A stretch of 37,101 nucleotides of DNA, from the NCBI GenBank assembly GCA_029564175.1, contig JAKQQL010000365.1, positions 1 to 37,101 of the forward strand, given 5' to 3'. Position numbers and translations under genes: made by a program. Below, in pieces: positions 26,057 to 36,162 of this stretch (position 1 is the first letter of the stretch; each line of letters begins with the position of its first letter). Below the pieces are notes generated by a model, which ran no database searches, was not told the DNA's origin, and saw only the letters and a list, made by a program, of their open reading frames with translations. Source of the stretch: Candidatus Cloacimonadota bacterium. GTDB taxonomy: Bacteria > Cloacimonadota > Cloacimonadia > Cloacimonadales > WRIO01.

Positions 26057-27053
26057 CAGTAACCTCCGTATCAGAATCAAGATCCTTTACAGGCGATATT
26101 TCCTCTTCAGTTTCAGGTATCTCAGATGATTTGACTGCATCATCAAAATTGAACAGATTCCAGACCATGAGCCTGTTAAAAGGATATAAGAATGTAATGG
26201 TAATGCCATAGAATAACAATGATAACAGAGATGCGAAAAGGATACGACCAATATTGAAGAGTACATCATGCCAGTGAGTCATCATTTTCAGAATATACAC
26301 TTTTTGATACAAGGCATTAATTAAAGCAACATGATTAATTGGGAAAATGTAGATTTTGACTAATAACATCAACAAGAAGATTGAGATGAATACAGATAAA
26401 TATTTTGTCAGCAGATAGAAAAGAAAAGCACTGAGATTATTTTCAATCATCTGCCAGGTCTTTTTAAGTGCAGAGATAAAACTCTCTCCTTTATATTGAA
26501 AATAAAGCACAAAATCATTCATGATAAAGCTGGTAAAAATGACTATGTAGATGGCAGATTTAAAGAATTTAAGAAATAGCAGGAGGATTTTAAAAGAGAT
26601 ATTCATCCCAAATGAGATTAAAAAAAGATAGACAATAAGAGACAGAAGGATTAGTGTTACTGCCAGAAAGAGTACAAATAAGTGTGTAAAAAATGAGGGT
26701 ACGCTAAAGTTAAAGAAGAGAATCCATTTTTCTTTTTTTGTCAGTTCCTTTTTGAAATGATCGATCATCTTAATCTCAGCACCAATATGTAAAAACCAGT
26801 AGAACAAGACCATGGTTAACAAGATAAAAACAGCACTTGGAATGAAAGAAGAATAATTATTGGAGAGATCTGTAAAAAAGATGCTGATGGTTGACTCACT
26901 GATAAAGGCATTGAAATGAGATGGAAAAGATAGAAATTGAATGCCATTCCAGGCACCAATGATACTGATTAAATAAAAGAAAAAGAGACTGTTGCGGGTT
27001 GAACGGAAGTGACTGATTGTTTCAAGGAAGGTTTTTTTTAATAGCTTTACCAT
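26037..27053 (-). CDS. hypothetical multi-pass membrane protein
   Basis: 338-aa ORF with several hydrophobic segments, overlapping both neighbours. Confidence 0.65.
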   Translation of the reverse strand: MVKLLKKTFLETISHFRSTRNSLFFFYLISIIGAWNGIQFLSFPSHFNAFISESTISIFFTDLSNNYSSFIPSAVFILLTMVLFYWFLHIGAEIKMIDHFKKELTKKEKWILFFNFSVPSFFTHLFVLFLAVTLILLSLIVYLFLISFGMNISFKILLLFLKFFKSAIYIVIFTSFIMNDFVLYFQYKGESFISALKKTWQMIENNLSAFLFYLLTKYLSVFISIFLLMLLVKIYIFPINHVALINALYQKVYILKMMTHWHDVLFNIGRILFASLLSLLFYGITITFLYPFNRLMVWNLFNFDDAVKSSEIPETEEEISPVKDLDSDTEVTDDHLLL

Positions 27054-28006
27054 AATTTATTCCAATCTCTGAATTTGTTAAAGTAATCACGGGCATAACG
27101 GATATCCAGATCAATTTGTTTGATTAACTGTTGTTTGCTTTCAAATGTCTCTTCATTTCTAATTTTAGAAAGAAAATAGAGCTCGACTTCTTTACAATAA
27201 AGATCTCCTTTGAAATCGATCAGATGACTCTCTATGGTGATTTCATTGTCGTCTTTAATTGAAGGGCATACTCCTACATTGGTTACACAGAAATGGTACT
27301 CTTCATCATTTTCAAACTCAAGGTTTTCTGCCTGATTATAGATTTTACATAAACAGATATAAACTCCGGCTCCAGGTATCAGTTTATGTTTTTCAGCAGG
27401 ATCCAGGTTGATAGTTGGAAAACCAAGAGTTCTGCCAATCTGTTTTCCGGTGATCACGTGACCAATGACAGAATAGTAATAACCCAGATAAGTCTGAGCC
27501 AGATCTACAAAGCCATTTCTGATAAAATCACGAATAATGCTTGAACTGATAATCAGGTTGTTTTGAATCGTAAATGCTTCAGCCTGTAATACCTGATAAT
27601 GGTATATTGGAGAGAATTTTTCAAGTACTTGGATATTACCCTTTCTGTCACGCCCGAAATGTGTATCATAACCGGCAATAATGGCGTAAGGATGAAATGT
27701 AGGAATCAAATAGTTTTGTAAAAAATCCTCTGCTGAGATGCTGGCAAATTGATTGTCAAAAGGAATGTATTGAATTTCATCAATACCCAGTTTTCTGAGT
27801 AGTCTTCTGCGTTTGATTTCTTCGGTCAAAAGATAGGGAAAAACGGTGTTATACAAGGTCTCGAGCGGATGGTGTTTGTAAGTCAGAACAATGCTCTTTT
27901 TTTGATGTGTTTTTGCGAAGCTGGCCAGCTGTTTCAAAAGTGACTGATGACCTAAATGCACTCCATCAAAAGTGCCAATCGTTAATACATTTTCTTTATC
28001 ATTCAT
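27047..28006 (-). CDS. ribF: bifunctional riboflavin kinase/FAD synthetase
   Basis: IGTFDGVHLGH, ISSSIIR, GRTLGFPTIN, IESH, IRNE..F. Confidence 0.96.
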   Translation of the reverse strand: MNDKENVLTIGTFDGVHLGHQSLLKQLASFAKTHQKKSIVLTYKHHPLETLYNTVFPYLLTEEIKRRRLLRKLGIDEIQYIPFDNQFASISAEDFLQNYLIPTFHPYAIIAGYDTHFGRDRKGNIQVLEKFSPIYHYQVLQAEAFTIQNNLIISSSIIRDFIRNGFVDLAQTYLGYYYSVIGHVITGKQIGRTLGFPTINLDPAEKHKLIPGAGVYICLCKIYNQAENLEFENDEEYHFCVTNVGVCPSIKDDNEITIESHLIDFKGDLYCKEVELYFLSKIRNEETFESKQQLIKQIDLDIRYARDYFNKFRDWNKLW

Positions 28007-28886
28007 CTTGATTAAATATGACTAAAGGTTTTAAGTGATTATGCTCAACAAAAGATAAGCCAAGGCATTTAAAATCTTCATTAAATACAAAGACTTTTTT
28101 ATCTTGATCACTTGTACTAATTGATTTTAATCGGTTTAATGCTAACGATACACCATTCAGATAGAATTTCTCATCTGGCTTTTCAATCGATATACACAGA
28201 TATTCGGGAAACATTTTTTGATATGGAATCAAAGCATTTTGCCAGTTATCTTCACTTAATTCATCCAGTTTTACTGAGTCAGTTAAGTGAAGGTTTTCAA
28301 TGGCTGTTCGTCTTAGTGTTTTAGTAACTGCAATTGTGTTTAAGAGGTCAGCAATCTGTTCAGATAGCGTACGGATATAGGTGCCGGCAGAAACAGTGCA
28401 TTCATAGCTTAGTTCAGGGTATTGGTAAGAGAGAACTTTAAAGGCAGAAATATGAATTGGTCTGTCTTTCATCTCAAAATCAATCTCTTTTCGGGCTAAT
28501 TCATAGGCTTTTTTCCCATCAATCTTAATTGCTGAAAATTTAGAAGGCGTTTGACTATTAATTTTAAGAACACGATTTTTCAGCTCGTTGATGTCAAAAT
28601 GAGGGATAAAATCATGCTGATTGATCACTTTGCCGGTAAAATCCCCTGTATCGGTCTGGATACCAAACTGCATGGATGCATGGTAAGTCTTACATGATTT
28701 TTCCAGATATTTTAAGAGTCTGGTTCCATTCCCCACAGCGATAATCATCAAGCCGGTTGCAAAAGGATCGAGAGTACCTGAATGCCCCATTTTCTTTATT
28801 CCGGTAATACGACGAAGTCTTCTGATAATATCAAATGAGGTTAAGCCTTCTGGTTTATCTATAAGAAAGAAGCCTGATTTCATCAA
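27999..28886 (-). CDS. truB: tRNA pseudouridine(55) synthase
   Basis: IDKPEGLTS, GHSGTLDPFATG, FSAIKIDGKKAYELAR, SAGTYIRTL, LRRT. Confidence 0.97.
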   Translation of the reverse strand: MMKSGFFLIDKPEGLTSFDIIRRLRRITGIKKMGHSGTLDPFATGLMIIAVGNGTRLLKYLEKSCKTYHASMQFGIQTDTGDFTGKVINQHDFIPHFDINELKNRVLKINSQTPSKFSAIKIDGKKAYELARKEIDFEMKDRPIHISAFKVLSYQYPELSYECTVSAGTYIRTLSEQIADLLNTIAVTKTLRRTAIENLHLTDSVKLDELSEDNWQNALIPYQKMFPEYLCISIEKPDEKFYLNGVSLALNRLKSISTSDQDKKVFVFNEDFKCLGLSFVEHNHLKPLVIFNQDE

Positions 28887-29909
28887 TTAAAACCTGATTT
28901 CTGCTAATACCATGCTTTTTACTTCATCCAGACTGCCACTGATTTCGCAACCTGCTGCTTTTTTATGACCGCCACCGCCAAACTTCATGGCAAGCTGATT
29001 GACAACTGTTGTATCAGAACGGAAACTGATTCTAAATATATTTTCTTCAACTTGTTGAAAATAGACTTGAATATCAACACCTTTGACGCCTTTTACCCAT
29101 CTCATCATCTTGGAAGTCGCATCATTGCTTAGTCCCAGAGAATTCAGCATTTCAAGTGTAGAATGAATAAAGAGGACTTTACCTTTTTGATGCAATTCAA
29201 TGGTTGCAAGTACCTCTCCGATGAATTTATAGTATTGGGGGCTCTTTTTTAGTAAAAATTCTGTTACAATCTGACTTGGGTTCAAACCTAAGTCCATCAA
29301 TTGAGCACAAACAGCATAGGTTTCTCTATCAAGATTGCTGTTTAAGAAGTTATCAGTATCATTCAAGATAGTGGTATAGATACAGTCTGCATAATACTTT
29401 TGATCAGAAGAGTCAAATTTATTAATCAGATGACCGAAAACATTATGAAGAATTATGCCTGTACAAACTTCAGAAGGCTCAACATAGTAAAAATATTCTT
29501 TGCTGATGGCTGTTTCAATCAGTTCATGATGATCAATAAAGAGAACATGTTTTGCATGGTGATAGAAATCTTCATTGATATTGGTTCTTGACTTTTCATG
29601 GCAATCAAGGGTCAGAATCAGATCAAAATGAGTTGTTTCTGTCTGACAGGAAGTATGTTTATAAACATCCAGAAATTCCAGAAAATCAGGTGCTGGTTTT
29701 TCTAGAAGTATGTGAGAAGTTTTTTTGTATAATTTATTGATGATGTGTTTTAGCGCAAGACAGGCTGCTAATCCGTCTCCATCAGGATTTTTATGAGTCA
29801 GGATCAAAATAGATTCTGAGTTTTCTATCAGGTTTTGCAGGATTTCTGCCAGAGAGTTGATACCAGATATATACATAAGATATTTGCCTTTTTTGATAGT
29901 AATATGCAC
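28887..29909 (-). CDS. nrnA: DHH/DHHA1 phosphoesterase (NrnA-like nanoRNase/pAp phosphatase); start uncertain
   Basis: HKNPDGD, LDC, IDHH, NDT, SFRS, GGGHKKAAG; usual position between rbfA and truB. Confidence 0.88.
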   Translation of the reverse strand: MHITIKKGKYLMYISGINSLAEILQNLIENSESILILTHKNPDGDGLAACLALKHIINKLYKKTSHILLEKPAPDFLEFLDVYKHTSCQTETTHFDLILTLDCHEKSRTNINEDFYHHAKHVLFIDHHELIETAISKEYFYYVEPSEVCTGIILHNVFGHLINKFDSSDQKYYADCIYTTILNDTDNFLNSNLDRETYAVCAQLMDLGLNPSQIVTEFLLKKSPQYYKFIGEVLATIELHQKGKVLFIHSTLEMLNSLGLSNDATSKMMRWVKGVKGVDIQVYFQQVEENIFRISFRSDTTVVNQLAMKFGGGGHKKAAGCEISGSLDEVKSMVLAEIRF

Positions 29910-29985
29910 TTCGGTTCATTAATGAATAGGGGCATCTAGTATGTTTTTAACATGTTGCAGTAAGCCACTCTATCCTTTTATAATC

Positions 29986-30010
29986 TCAGGGCGACCAATG
30001 GCCGCCCTGA
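29986..30010. terminator. GC-rich hairpin downstream of rbfA
   Basis: tcagggcgacc-aat-ggccgccctga; U-tract weak. Confidence 0.45.
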
Positions 30011-30051
30011 AATAAATTTTAGATACTCTACCCTATGAGGAAAACGATTTG

Positions 30052-30564
30052 TTAGAAGTCCTCGTCTTCATCAGTGTCGATAATTTCATCTTCAAAATCG
30101 TCATCGAAGTCATCATATTCATCTTCATCATCATCGTAGTCTTCATAATCATCTTCAAAGTCATCATCGATAATGTCAACATCATCATCATAGTCATCAT
30201 CATTATCGTATGATTTTCTTTTTTCTGCTTCAATAACAGCAAACACTTCGTCCAATTTTGATGCTTTATCTTCTGTAGCATCGTATTGGAAGCTAATTTG
30301 AGGGATTCTTCTCATAATCTGCGCTCCTGCAATTTGTTTTTTTATAAAGCCCGAACTCTTTTCAATAAGTTCCTGCATCTGCTTTTTCCTTATTGATTTG
30401 TCAGAATAATCATAGAATATCTTCAAAAGTAGAAGATCTGGGGTAAGTTTTACATTGGTAATACGAAGTGAATGAAGTCTGTCATCAGATGCGCTGAATG
30501 AATAAGCTGAGCTAATCAGCTTATACAGTTCTTTTTTCATTCTTTCCAGTCGGATGCCTTTCAT
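30052..30564 (-). CDS. rbfA: ribosome-binding factor A with acidic C-terminal tail
   Basis: ITNVKLTPDL, SGFIK, MRRIPQISFQYD; follows infB. Confidence 0.92.
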   Translation of the reverse strand: MKGIRLERMKKELYKLISSAYSFSASDDRLHSLRITNVKLTPDLLLLKIFYDYSDKSIRKKQMQELIEKSSGFIKKQIAGAQIMRRIPQISFQYDATEDKASKLDEVFAVIEAEKRKSYDNDDDYDDDVDIIDDDFEDDYEDYDDDEDEYDDFDDDFEDEIIDTDEDEDF

Positions 30565-30576
30565 TGACTATATCCC

Positions 30577-33500
30577 CTATACTTCTCGTTTAAATTCTTC
30601 GTTCAGATAGATTTCAATAATATCATTTTCTTTAATATCATTATAATCTTTGAGGGTAATACCACAATCAGAACCAGCTTTGATCTCATTTACTTCCTGA
30701 TCAAAGTGTTTCAGACTTGCAATACGGCCTTCGTAAATTTTGACATCGTCGCGGAAGATTCTGGCAAGACCAGTTTTAATAACGGATCCTTTTTCTACAA
30801 AGCAGCCAGCAACCGTTCCGACTTTTTTAATTTTAAATGTCTGTTTTACAAGGGCATGACCCACAAATTTTTCGCGAATTTCCGGAGCGAGCATTCCAGA
30901 CATTGCAGATTTGATATCGTCAATAGCGTCGAAAATGATAGAATAGATTTTGATTTCGACATTTAGTTCTTCTGCCAGTTTTTTAGCTTTCGCATTTGAA
31001 CGGACATGGAAGCCTAGAATGATCGCATCGGATGCTGATGCCAGGTTGACATCCGCTTCAATGATACCACCTACTGATTTTCGAATAATATTAACCATCA
31101 CTTCTTCATTTGTAAGCTTTTGCAGCGCATCACAGATTGCTTCAACAGAACCATCTGTATCTGCTTTGATTATCAAACGAAGTTCTGACATTTCATTTTC
31201 TTTGATTTTTGTGAATAGGTTGTTCAGGTTGGTTGTTGTATGGAATTTTTCTCGTTCCTGGCGAATCAAAAGACGCTCAGAGCTGATCTGACAGGCAATT
31301 TTTTCGCTTGCCACCTGATTCAGAATGTCGCCCGCTTTAGGAACATCACTTAGCCCATAAAGCACGCATATATCTGAAGGACCAATCTTTTGGATTTCCT
31401 GTCCTCTTTCATTTTCCATTCTTCTGACGTGTCCATAAGTAGCACCACAAACGATATTGTCGCCTTTTTTGATACTGCCTTCCTGTAAGAGAATTGTTGA
31501 CATAGAACCCATTCTGGCATCTTTTCTGGATTCAATCACAACACCTTTGCCAGGAACACTGTATTTTGCTTTTAATTCTTTCATTTCACAAGAAAGTAGA
31601 ATCAACTCAAGTAAATCATCAATACCTTCTCCAGAATGAGCTGATGTTTTTGTCCAAAGAATGTCACCACCCCAGCCTTCCAGATATACATTTTGTTCCA
31701 GGAGACTGGAAATAGTTCTTTCAATATTGGCTTCAGGAAGGTCTATTTTGTTAATAGCGACAATCATCGTTACGCCTGCAGCACGGGCATGGTCAATTGC
31801 TTCAATAGTTTGAGGTTTTACACCATCATTTGCTGCTACGACGATAATTGCGACGTCAGTAATATTGGCTCCTCTGGCACGCATCGCTGTAAAAGCTTCG
31901 TGACCTGGGGTATCCAGGAAAGTGATTTTATGTTCTTTGTAGTTAACCTGATAAGCACCAATATGTTGCGTAATACCACCAGATTCTCCAGCAACCACTT
32001 TTGTCTTTCTGATGTAATCCAGAATAGAAGTTTTACCATGATCGACATGCCCCATAATGGTAATGACAGGTGGTCTTGGCTCTTCTATAACATTATCATC
32101 TGTAATGTTTTCTTCTATCAGATCTGCACCATATTCGTCTTCAAATTCGACATCAAAGTTAAATTCATCACAAATCAACTCCAGAGATTCACGGTCAAGA
32201 CGCTGGTTAATTGTAACCATCTTTCCCATCTGGAAGAATTTGGTAATGATCTCAGATGCGCTTTTATCCATTATCTTTGCCAATTCGCTGACAGAGGTAA
32301 ATTCACTGATTGAAATTACTGCATCTCCATCCTCAAAAAGGGATTTCTTTTCTTCTTTTTTATATTTTTTCTTCTTTTTATTTCCTGCAAGCGCAAGCTT
32401 GATGTTTTTTTCGATCAGATTCTCATCAATTTCAACAACTGGTGCAGCACCTTTACGTTTTTTTGTATTTTTCAGCTTTGCTTGTAAATGTTTACTTTTA
32501 TCACCCAGATCATCGATTGTAACTTTTTTTGTTTTACCAAAAACACGAACTTCTTGTTTAACCTCTTCAGTTACTTTTGGTTGCGCAATTTTGTCAAAAT
32601 TAGGTTTTACACCCGTTGGGCTGATTCCTGGTCTGCGTGACTGATCAGTTCTTGGTCTGTCATTACGCTGGCGGTTATCTCCAGCATATCTGCTATCCTG
32701 ATTTCTGTTATCTCTTGGCTGATAAGATCTTTGTTCACCTGAGCGGTTATCGCGATTATCATACTGACGAGGCTCTCTTGGCTGATATGATCTTTGTTCG
32801 CCGGAACGATTATCGCGGTTATCATACTGGCGAGGCTCTCTTGGTTGATAAGATCTTTGTTCGCCTGAGCGGTTATCGCGGTTATCATATTGACGAGGTT
32901 CTCTTGGTTGATAAGATCTTTGTTCACCTGAGCGGTTATCGCGGTTATCATACTGACGAGGTTCTCTTGGCTGATAAGATCTTTGTTCGCCTGAGCGATT
33001 TTCGCGGTTATCATATTGGCGAGGTTCTCTAGACTGATATTGTCTTTGTTCGCCTGAACGATTATCGCGAGGATGAGAAGATCTCTGTTCTTGATTTCTG
33101 GGTTCTCTCTGTTCAGTAGAGCGTCCTTCACGAGTATGCTGAGTTCTTGGTTCATGAGATCTTTCTTCAGTAGAACGAGGTTCTCTGTGAGCAGGACGAT
33201 TATCTTGACTACTAACATTTTCAGTTCTGTGTTTGGGTTTTCTTGGTTTTTCTTGAACAGGAGCAGATTCAGCAGGTACTTCAGTCGCTTTTTTAACAGT
33301 TTCAGCTTTTGGTTTATCATCAGCCTGAGCTGTTTTTTCAGGATGAACTTTTGCTGCAAAAGGATCTTCTGCCGGTTGAGCGGATTCAGTTTTTGTTTTT
33401 TGAGCCTGAACAGATTCGTTTCTAGCTTCGCGCAACTGATCTTGAATCCTTTTTCTTTCATTATCAATGCGTTTTAAATTTTCTGCTTCGGTTTTGAATT

Positions 33501-33642
33501 TATTCCGAATCTTGTCCATGACATCATCATCCAGATAATTCATATGATGTCTAACTTCAACTCCCAGATCACTTAAGTGTTTCATCAGAGCTGATGATGA
33601 TATTTTTAATTCTTTTGCAAAGTCACATACGCGTAAAGCCAA
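30577..33642 (-). CDS. infB: translation initiation factor IF-2 (TTG start)
   Basis: GHVDHGKTS, GGITQHIGAY, DTPGHEAF, NKID, KADTDGSVEA; GGAGG RBS. Confidence 0.98.
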   Translation of the reverse strand: MALRVCDFAKELKISSSALMKHLSDLGVEVRHHMNYLDDDVMDKIRNKFKTEAENLKRIDNERKRIQDQLREARNESVQAQKTKTESAQPAEDPFAAKVHPEKTAQADDKPKAETVKKATEVPAESAPVQEKPRKPKHRTENVSSQDNRPAHREPRSTEERSHEPRTQHTREGRSTEQREPRNQEQRSSHPRDNRSGEQRQYQSREPRQYDNRENRSGEQRSYQPREPRQYDNRDNRSGEQRSYQPREPRQYDNRDNRSGEQRSYQPREPRQYDNRDNRSGEQRSYQPREPRQYDNRDNRSGEQRSYQPRDNRNQDSRYAGDNRQRNDRPRTDQSRRPGISPTGVKPNFDKIAQPKVTEEVKQEVRVFGKTKKVTIDDLGDKSKHLQAKLKNTKKRKGAAPVVEIDENLIEKNIKLALAGNKKKKKYKKEEKKSLFEDGDAVISISEFTSVSELAKIMDKSASEIITKFFQMGKMVTINQRLDRESLELICDEFNFDVEFEDEYGADLIEENITDDNVIEEPRPPVITIMGHVDHGKTSILDYIRKTKVVAGESGGITQHIGAYQVNYKEHKITFLDTPGHEAFTAMRARGANITDVAIIVVAANDGVKPQTIEAIDHARAAGVTMIVAINKIDLPEANIERTISSLLEQNVYLEGWGGDILWTKTSAHSGEGIDDLLELILLSCEMKELKAKYSVPGKGVVIESRKDARMGSMSTILLQEGSIKKGDNIVCGATYGHVRRMENERGQEIQKIGPSDICVLYGLSDVPKAGDILNQVASEKIACQISSERLLIRQEREKFHTTTNLNNLFTKIKENEMSELRLIIKADTDGSVEAICDALQKLTNEEVMVNIIRKSVGGIIEADVNLASASDAIILGFHVRSNAKAKKLAEELNVEIKIYSIIFDAIDDIKSAMSGMLAPEIREKFVGHALVKQTFKIKKVGTVAGCFVEKGSVIKTGLARIFRDDVKIYEGRIASLKHFDQEVNEIKAGSDCGITLKDYNDIKENDIIEIYLNEEFKREV
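32712..33070 (-). repeat. 63-nt coding tandem repeat (five full units plus partial) in the IF2 N-domain
   Basis: Unit SGEQRSYQPREPRQYDNRDNR; ctcttgg recurs at 32712, 32775 and onward with 63-nt period. Confidence 0.95.
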
Positions 33643-33643
33643 A

Positions 33644-33994
33644 CTATTCCTCCACTTCTTTGTACGACAGGTATTTTAACAATCCTTTAGCAAAATTGAT
33701 ATCCGTGATGGCAAGAACACCTGATTCTTTCAGGGCAAACTGAAGTGTGTCTTTTTTATGCCCCCAAACAGCCACCGGGATATTTATCGACTGATTTAAA
33801 TAAAGTATTTTTTTTCTGGAATGAAAAGATAAGTCTTCTGTGAGAATTATCAGTTTGACCTTTCCTGATCTTGCATGTCTGATAACAGCATCACTGCCTG
33901 ACAACAGCTTACCGGCTTTATGGGCAAACTGAAGGAGGGTGATGATTTTCGAATCATCTATTGTTCTTTTCATACCTTTGCTTTTGTTTAACAT
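33644..33994 (-). CDS. ylxQ: L7Ae/L30e-family RNA-binding protein (YlxQ-like)
   Basis: LLQFAHKAGKLLSG..V, LIILTEDLS, ITDINFA; between ylxR and infB. Confidence 0.8.
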   Translation of the reverse strand: MLNKSKGMKRTIDDSKIITLLQFAHKAGKLLSGSDAVIRHARSGKVKLIILTEDLSFHSRKKILYLNQSINIPVAVWGHKKDTLQFALKESGVLAITDINFAKGLLKYLSYKEVEE

Positions 33995-34014
33995 TATTTT
34001 GTTTAAGCTTACCT

Positions 34015-34248
34015 TTAAATCTTTATGTTTTTAGTCTTTTTCTTGTTTTTCCAATTAAATAGTTTTTTAAAACACTCATTTAATCCACATATATAATAAC
34101 CATAAGAATTTAAGCTTGCATTTAAGTCAATGATTATTTGATTATTTAAAAAAACTATTCTGAACATATTCTTTTTTGGCATTTTATTTTTGCAAATCAC
34201 ACACCGTCTTTCAGGTGTGTGATTTGCTTTAGAAGCTTTATTCGTCAT
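34015..34248 (-). CDS. ylxR: YlxR/DUF448 family protein
   Basis: PERRCVIC..K..MFRIV, GYYIC...C; follows nusA. Confidence 0.82.
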   Translation of the reverse strand: MTNKASKANHTPERRCVICKNKMPKKNMFRIVFLNNQIIIDLNASLNSYGYYICGLNECFKKLFNWKNKKKTKNIKI

Positions 34249-35480
34249 CAGAAATGTCTTGATGCCTCTTTAATACGTTCTACAATTTTTTGTCCAATAC
34301 CCTCAATATTGCATAATTCTTTTTCAGAAGCCTGATAAATATCCTGAACAGAAGTATATCCATGTTCTTTAAGAATTTCTGCAATTTTTGGACTTACGCC
34401 GTCAAGCTCACTGACATGACTGGTTATACGTCTTTCTTCAGCAATTATTTCTTCAAATTCATTAAGTGTGTAAATATCGAGCTTATAATCGGTGAGTTTT
34501 GCTGCTAATCTGACATTTTTTCCCATCCGGCCAATTGCAAGGTTTTTATTTTCTTCCGTAACGATGATGCGTGCAAAGCGTCCTTTTTCAGTAATATAGA
34601 CTTTCTGGATGAGCTCAGGTCCGATTGCATTGGCTATCATAATTTCAGGGTCTTCGCTCCACCCAAGAATATCAATCGATTCTCCATGTAATTCTTTTTT
34701 GACAGAATCTACACGAATTCCTTTTGGTCCGAGGCATGCACCTACTGCATCCAGGTTTGGTTTTCTGGTATAAACCGCTACTTTGGTACGAATGCCAGGT
34801 TCACGAATAATCTTTTTTACTTCAATTTCGCCGGTTGCAATTTCAGGTACTTCAATTTCCAGAAGACGTTTTACAAACTCAGGATGCGCACGTGAAAGAA
34901 TCACTGTTACATCATTTCCTCTTTTTCTGACGCTTAATACATAAGCACGAAGGTAATCACCTACTCTATAATATTCTTCTTCGATTTGTTCTTCTATCGG
35001 TAAGAGAGCTTCAGCGAACCCAATATCCACTTTATATCCATTATAATCCATCTTTTTAATTTTTCCGTAAACAATCTGATTTTTTTGCTTTTCATAATCA
35101 AACATTTTTCGCTCTTCTTCGAGCTTTTTAATTTTAATCATGATTTCTTCACGGGCAATTTTGATCAGTTTTGGCTCAAGTGCATTAATGGGCAATTCGA
35201 CCTCAATCATTTGTCCGATTACTGCTTTTTCATCTATATCCTGAGCATCTAATATGGAAATTTGACCAAGTGATTCGTCTTTATCTACAACGAGTTTTTT
35301 AAATTTAACACCCAAATAATTGGAGTTGTAATCAGCAATTACCTCCAGTTCATTTTCCGGTTTCAGCTTTTTTGAAATGGCATTTTGCAAGCTTTCTACA
35401 ATTACATCACGAAGTCTGGATTGGTCCAATTGTTTTACTTTGGCCAATTCTGTGATTATCGCTAACAAATTCGAACTCAT
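34248..35480 (-). CDS. nusA: transcription termination factor NusA
   Basis: S1 and KH domains: LSRAHP, EVPEI, REPGIRTKVAV, GACLG..G.R, LAIGRMGKNVRLAAKLT; C-terminal HhH. Confidence 0.97.
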   Translation of the reverse strand: MSSNLLAIITELAKVKQLDQSRLRDVIVESLQNAISKKLKPENELEVIADYNSNYLGVKFKKLVVDKDESLGQISILDAQDIDEKAVIGQMIEVELPINALEPKLIKIAREEIMIKIKKLEEERKMFDYEKQKNQIVYGKIKKMDYNGYKVDIGFAEALLPIEEQIEEEYYRVGDYLRAYVLSVRKRGNDVTVILSRAHPEFVKRLLEIEVPEIATGEIEVKKIIREPGIRTKVAVYTRKPNLDAVGACLGPKGIRVDSVKKELHGESIDILGWSEDPEIMIANAIGPELIQKVYITEKGRFARIIVTEENKNLAIGRMGKNVRLAAKLTDYKLDIYTLNEFEEIIAEERRITSHVSELDGVSPKIAEILKEHGYTSVQDIYQASEKELCNIEGIGQKIVERIKEASRHF

Positions 35481-35938
35481 GACTTCTCCTTCTTTCCAAA
35501 ATGATAAACGGTTCTTGCTTTTTTTATAGTGTTGAATGGGATACTCAATGATTCTTCCCCAATAGCAATGACCAGATTATCCTGATTCACTTCTAAAAGC
35601 GTTCCTTCAGCTGAAACGCTTTTACCATCTGAATAATATGTTACTTTTATAGTTTCATTAATTGCACTCATATAGTGCTTTTTAAACTTAAGTGTTCTTT
35701 CCAGACCAGGGGATGATACTTCAAGAAAATATTTGTCTGGAAAAGGCTCATTTTCTTCAAATTGCTGACTAATGCTTCTGTTGACATTGGCACAATCATC
35801 AACGCTGACACCACCTATCTTAGTGATGTAAACACAGATTACCGGACCTTTAGCCGCATTCTTTATCTCAATATCATACAACCCAACACCATTACCGGTG
35901 CAGGCTTCCTTGATCGTTGCTTCGATCTTTTCTATCAT
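35477..35938 (-). CDS. rimP: ribosome maturation factor RimP
   Basis: GVSVDDC, YFLEVSSPGLERTL; first gene before nusA; GGAGAGG RBS before ATG 35938. Confidence 0.95.
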   Translation of the reverse strand: MIEKIEATIKEACTGNGVGLYDIEIKNAAKGPVICVYITKIGGVSVDDCANVNRSISQQFEENEPFPDKYFLEVSSPGLERTLKFKKHYMSAINETIKVTYYSDGKSVSAEGTLLEVNQDNLVIAIGEESLSIPFNTIKKARTVYHFGKKEKS

Positions 35939-35962
35939 AAGCCTCTCCACTTATACAATTAA

Positions 35963-36069
35963 ACCACTGCTTGCACAGTGGTACCAATTTAGGTTAGAAA
36001 AAAACTGACCCTTTTGAGTCAGTTCTTTTCAACCTTATTTCAATTTATGCTAATCGCTTATTTTGTCAA
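35963..36069 (-). promoter_or_regulatory. rimP promoter and leader with terminator-like hairpin
   Basis: Minus strand TTGACA (36069-36064), 16 nt, TAAATT; hairpin aactgactc-aaaa-gggtcagtt plus U-run (36024-35998); second hairpin 35963-35982. Confidence 0.65.
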
Positions 36070-36162
36070 GCAATTATTTCTAAATTTTCAAAAATTATCT
36101 TTTTTTTTTAGAAATTAAGGGTCAACTCATCAATTAAATTTTGAATCAATTGATGAAATTCT

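Noticed and set aside
30033..30281. Met-rich 82-aa ORF
   Set aside because: Alternate-frame reading of the GAT/GAC-rich RbfA tail.
32712..33070. CRISPR array
   Set aside because: No unique spacers; contiguous 63-nt units in frame within infB.
30706..33477. Several antisense and alternate-frame ORFs over infB, including the 286-aa ORF 32607-33467
   Set aside because: Shadows of infB codon bias and its repeat; no RBS or recognisable domains.
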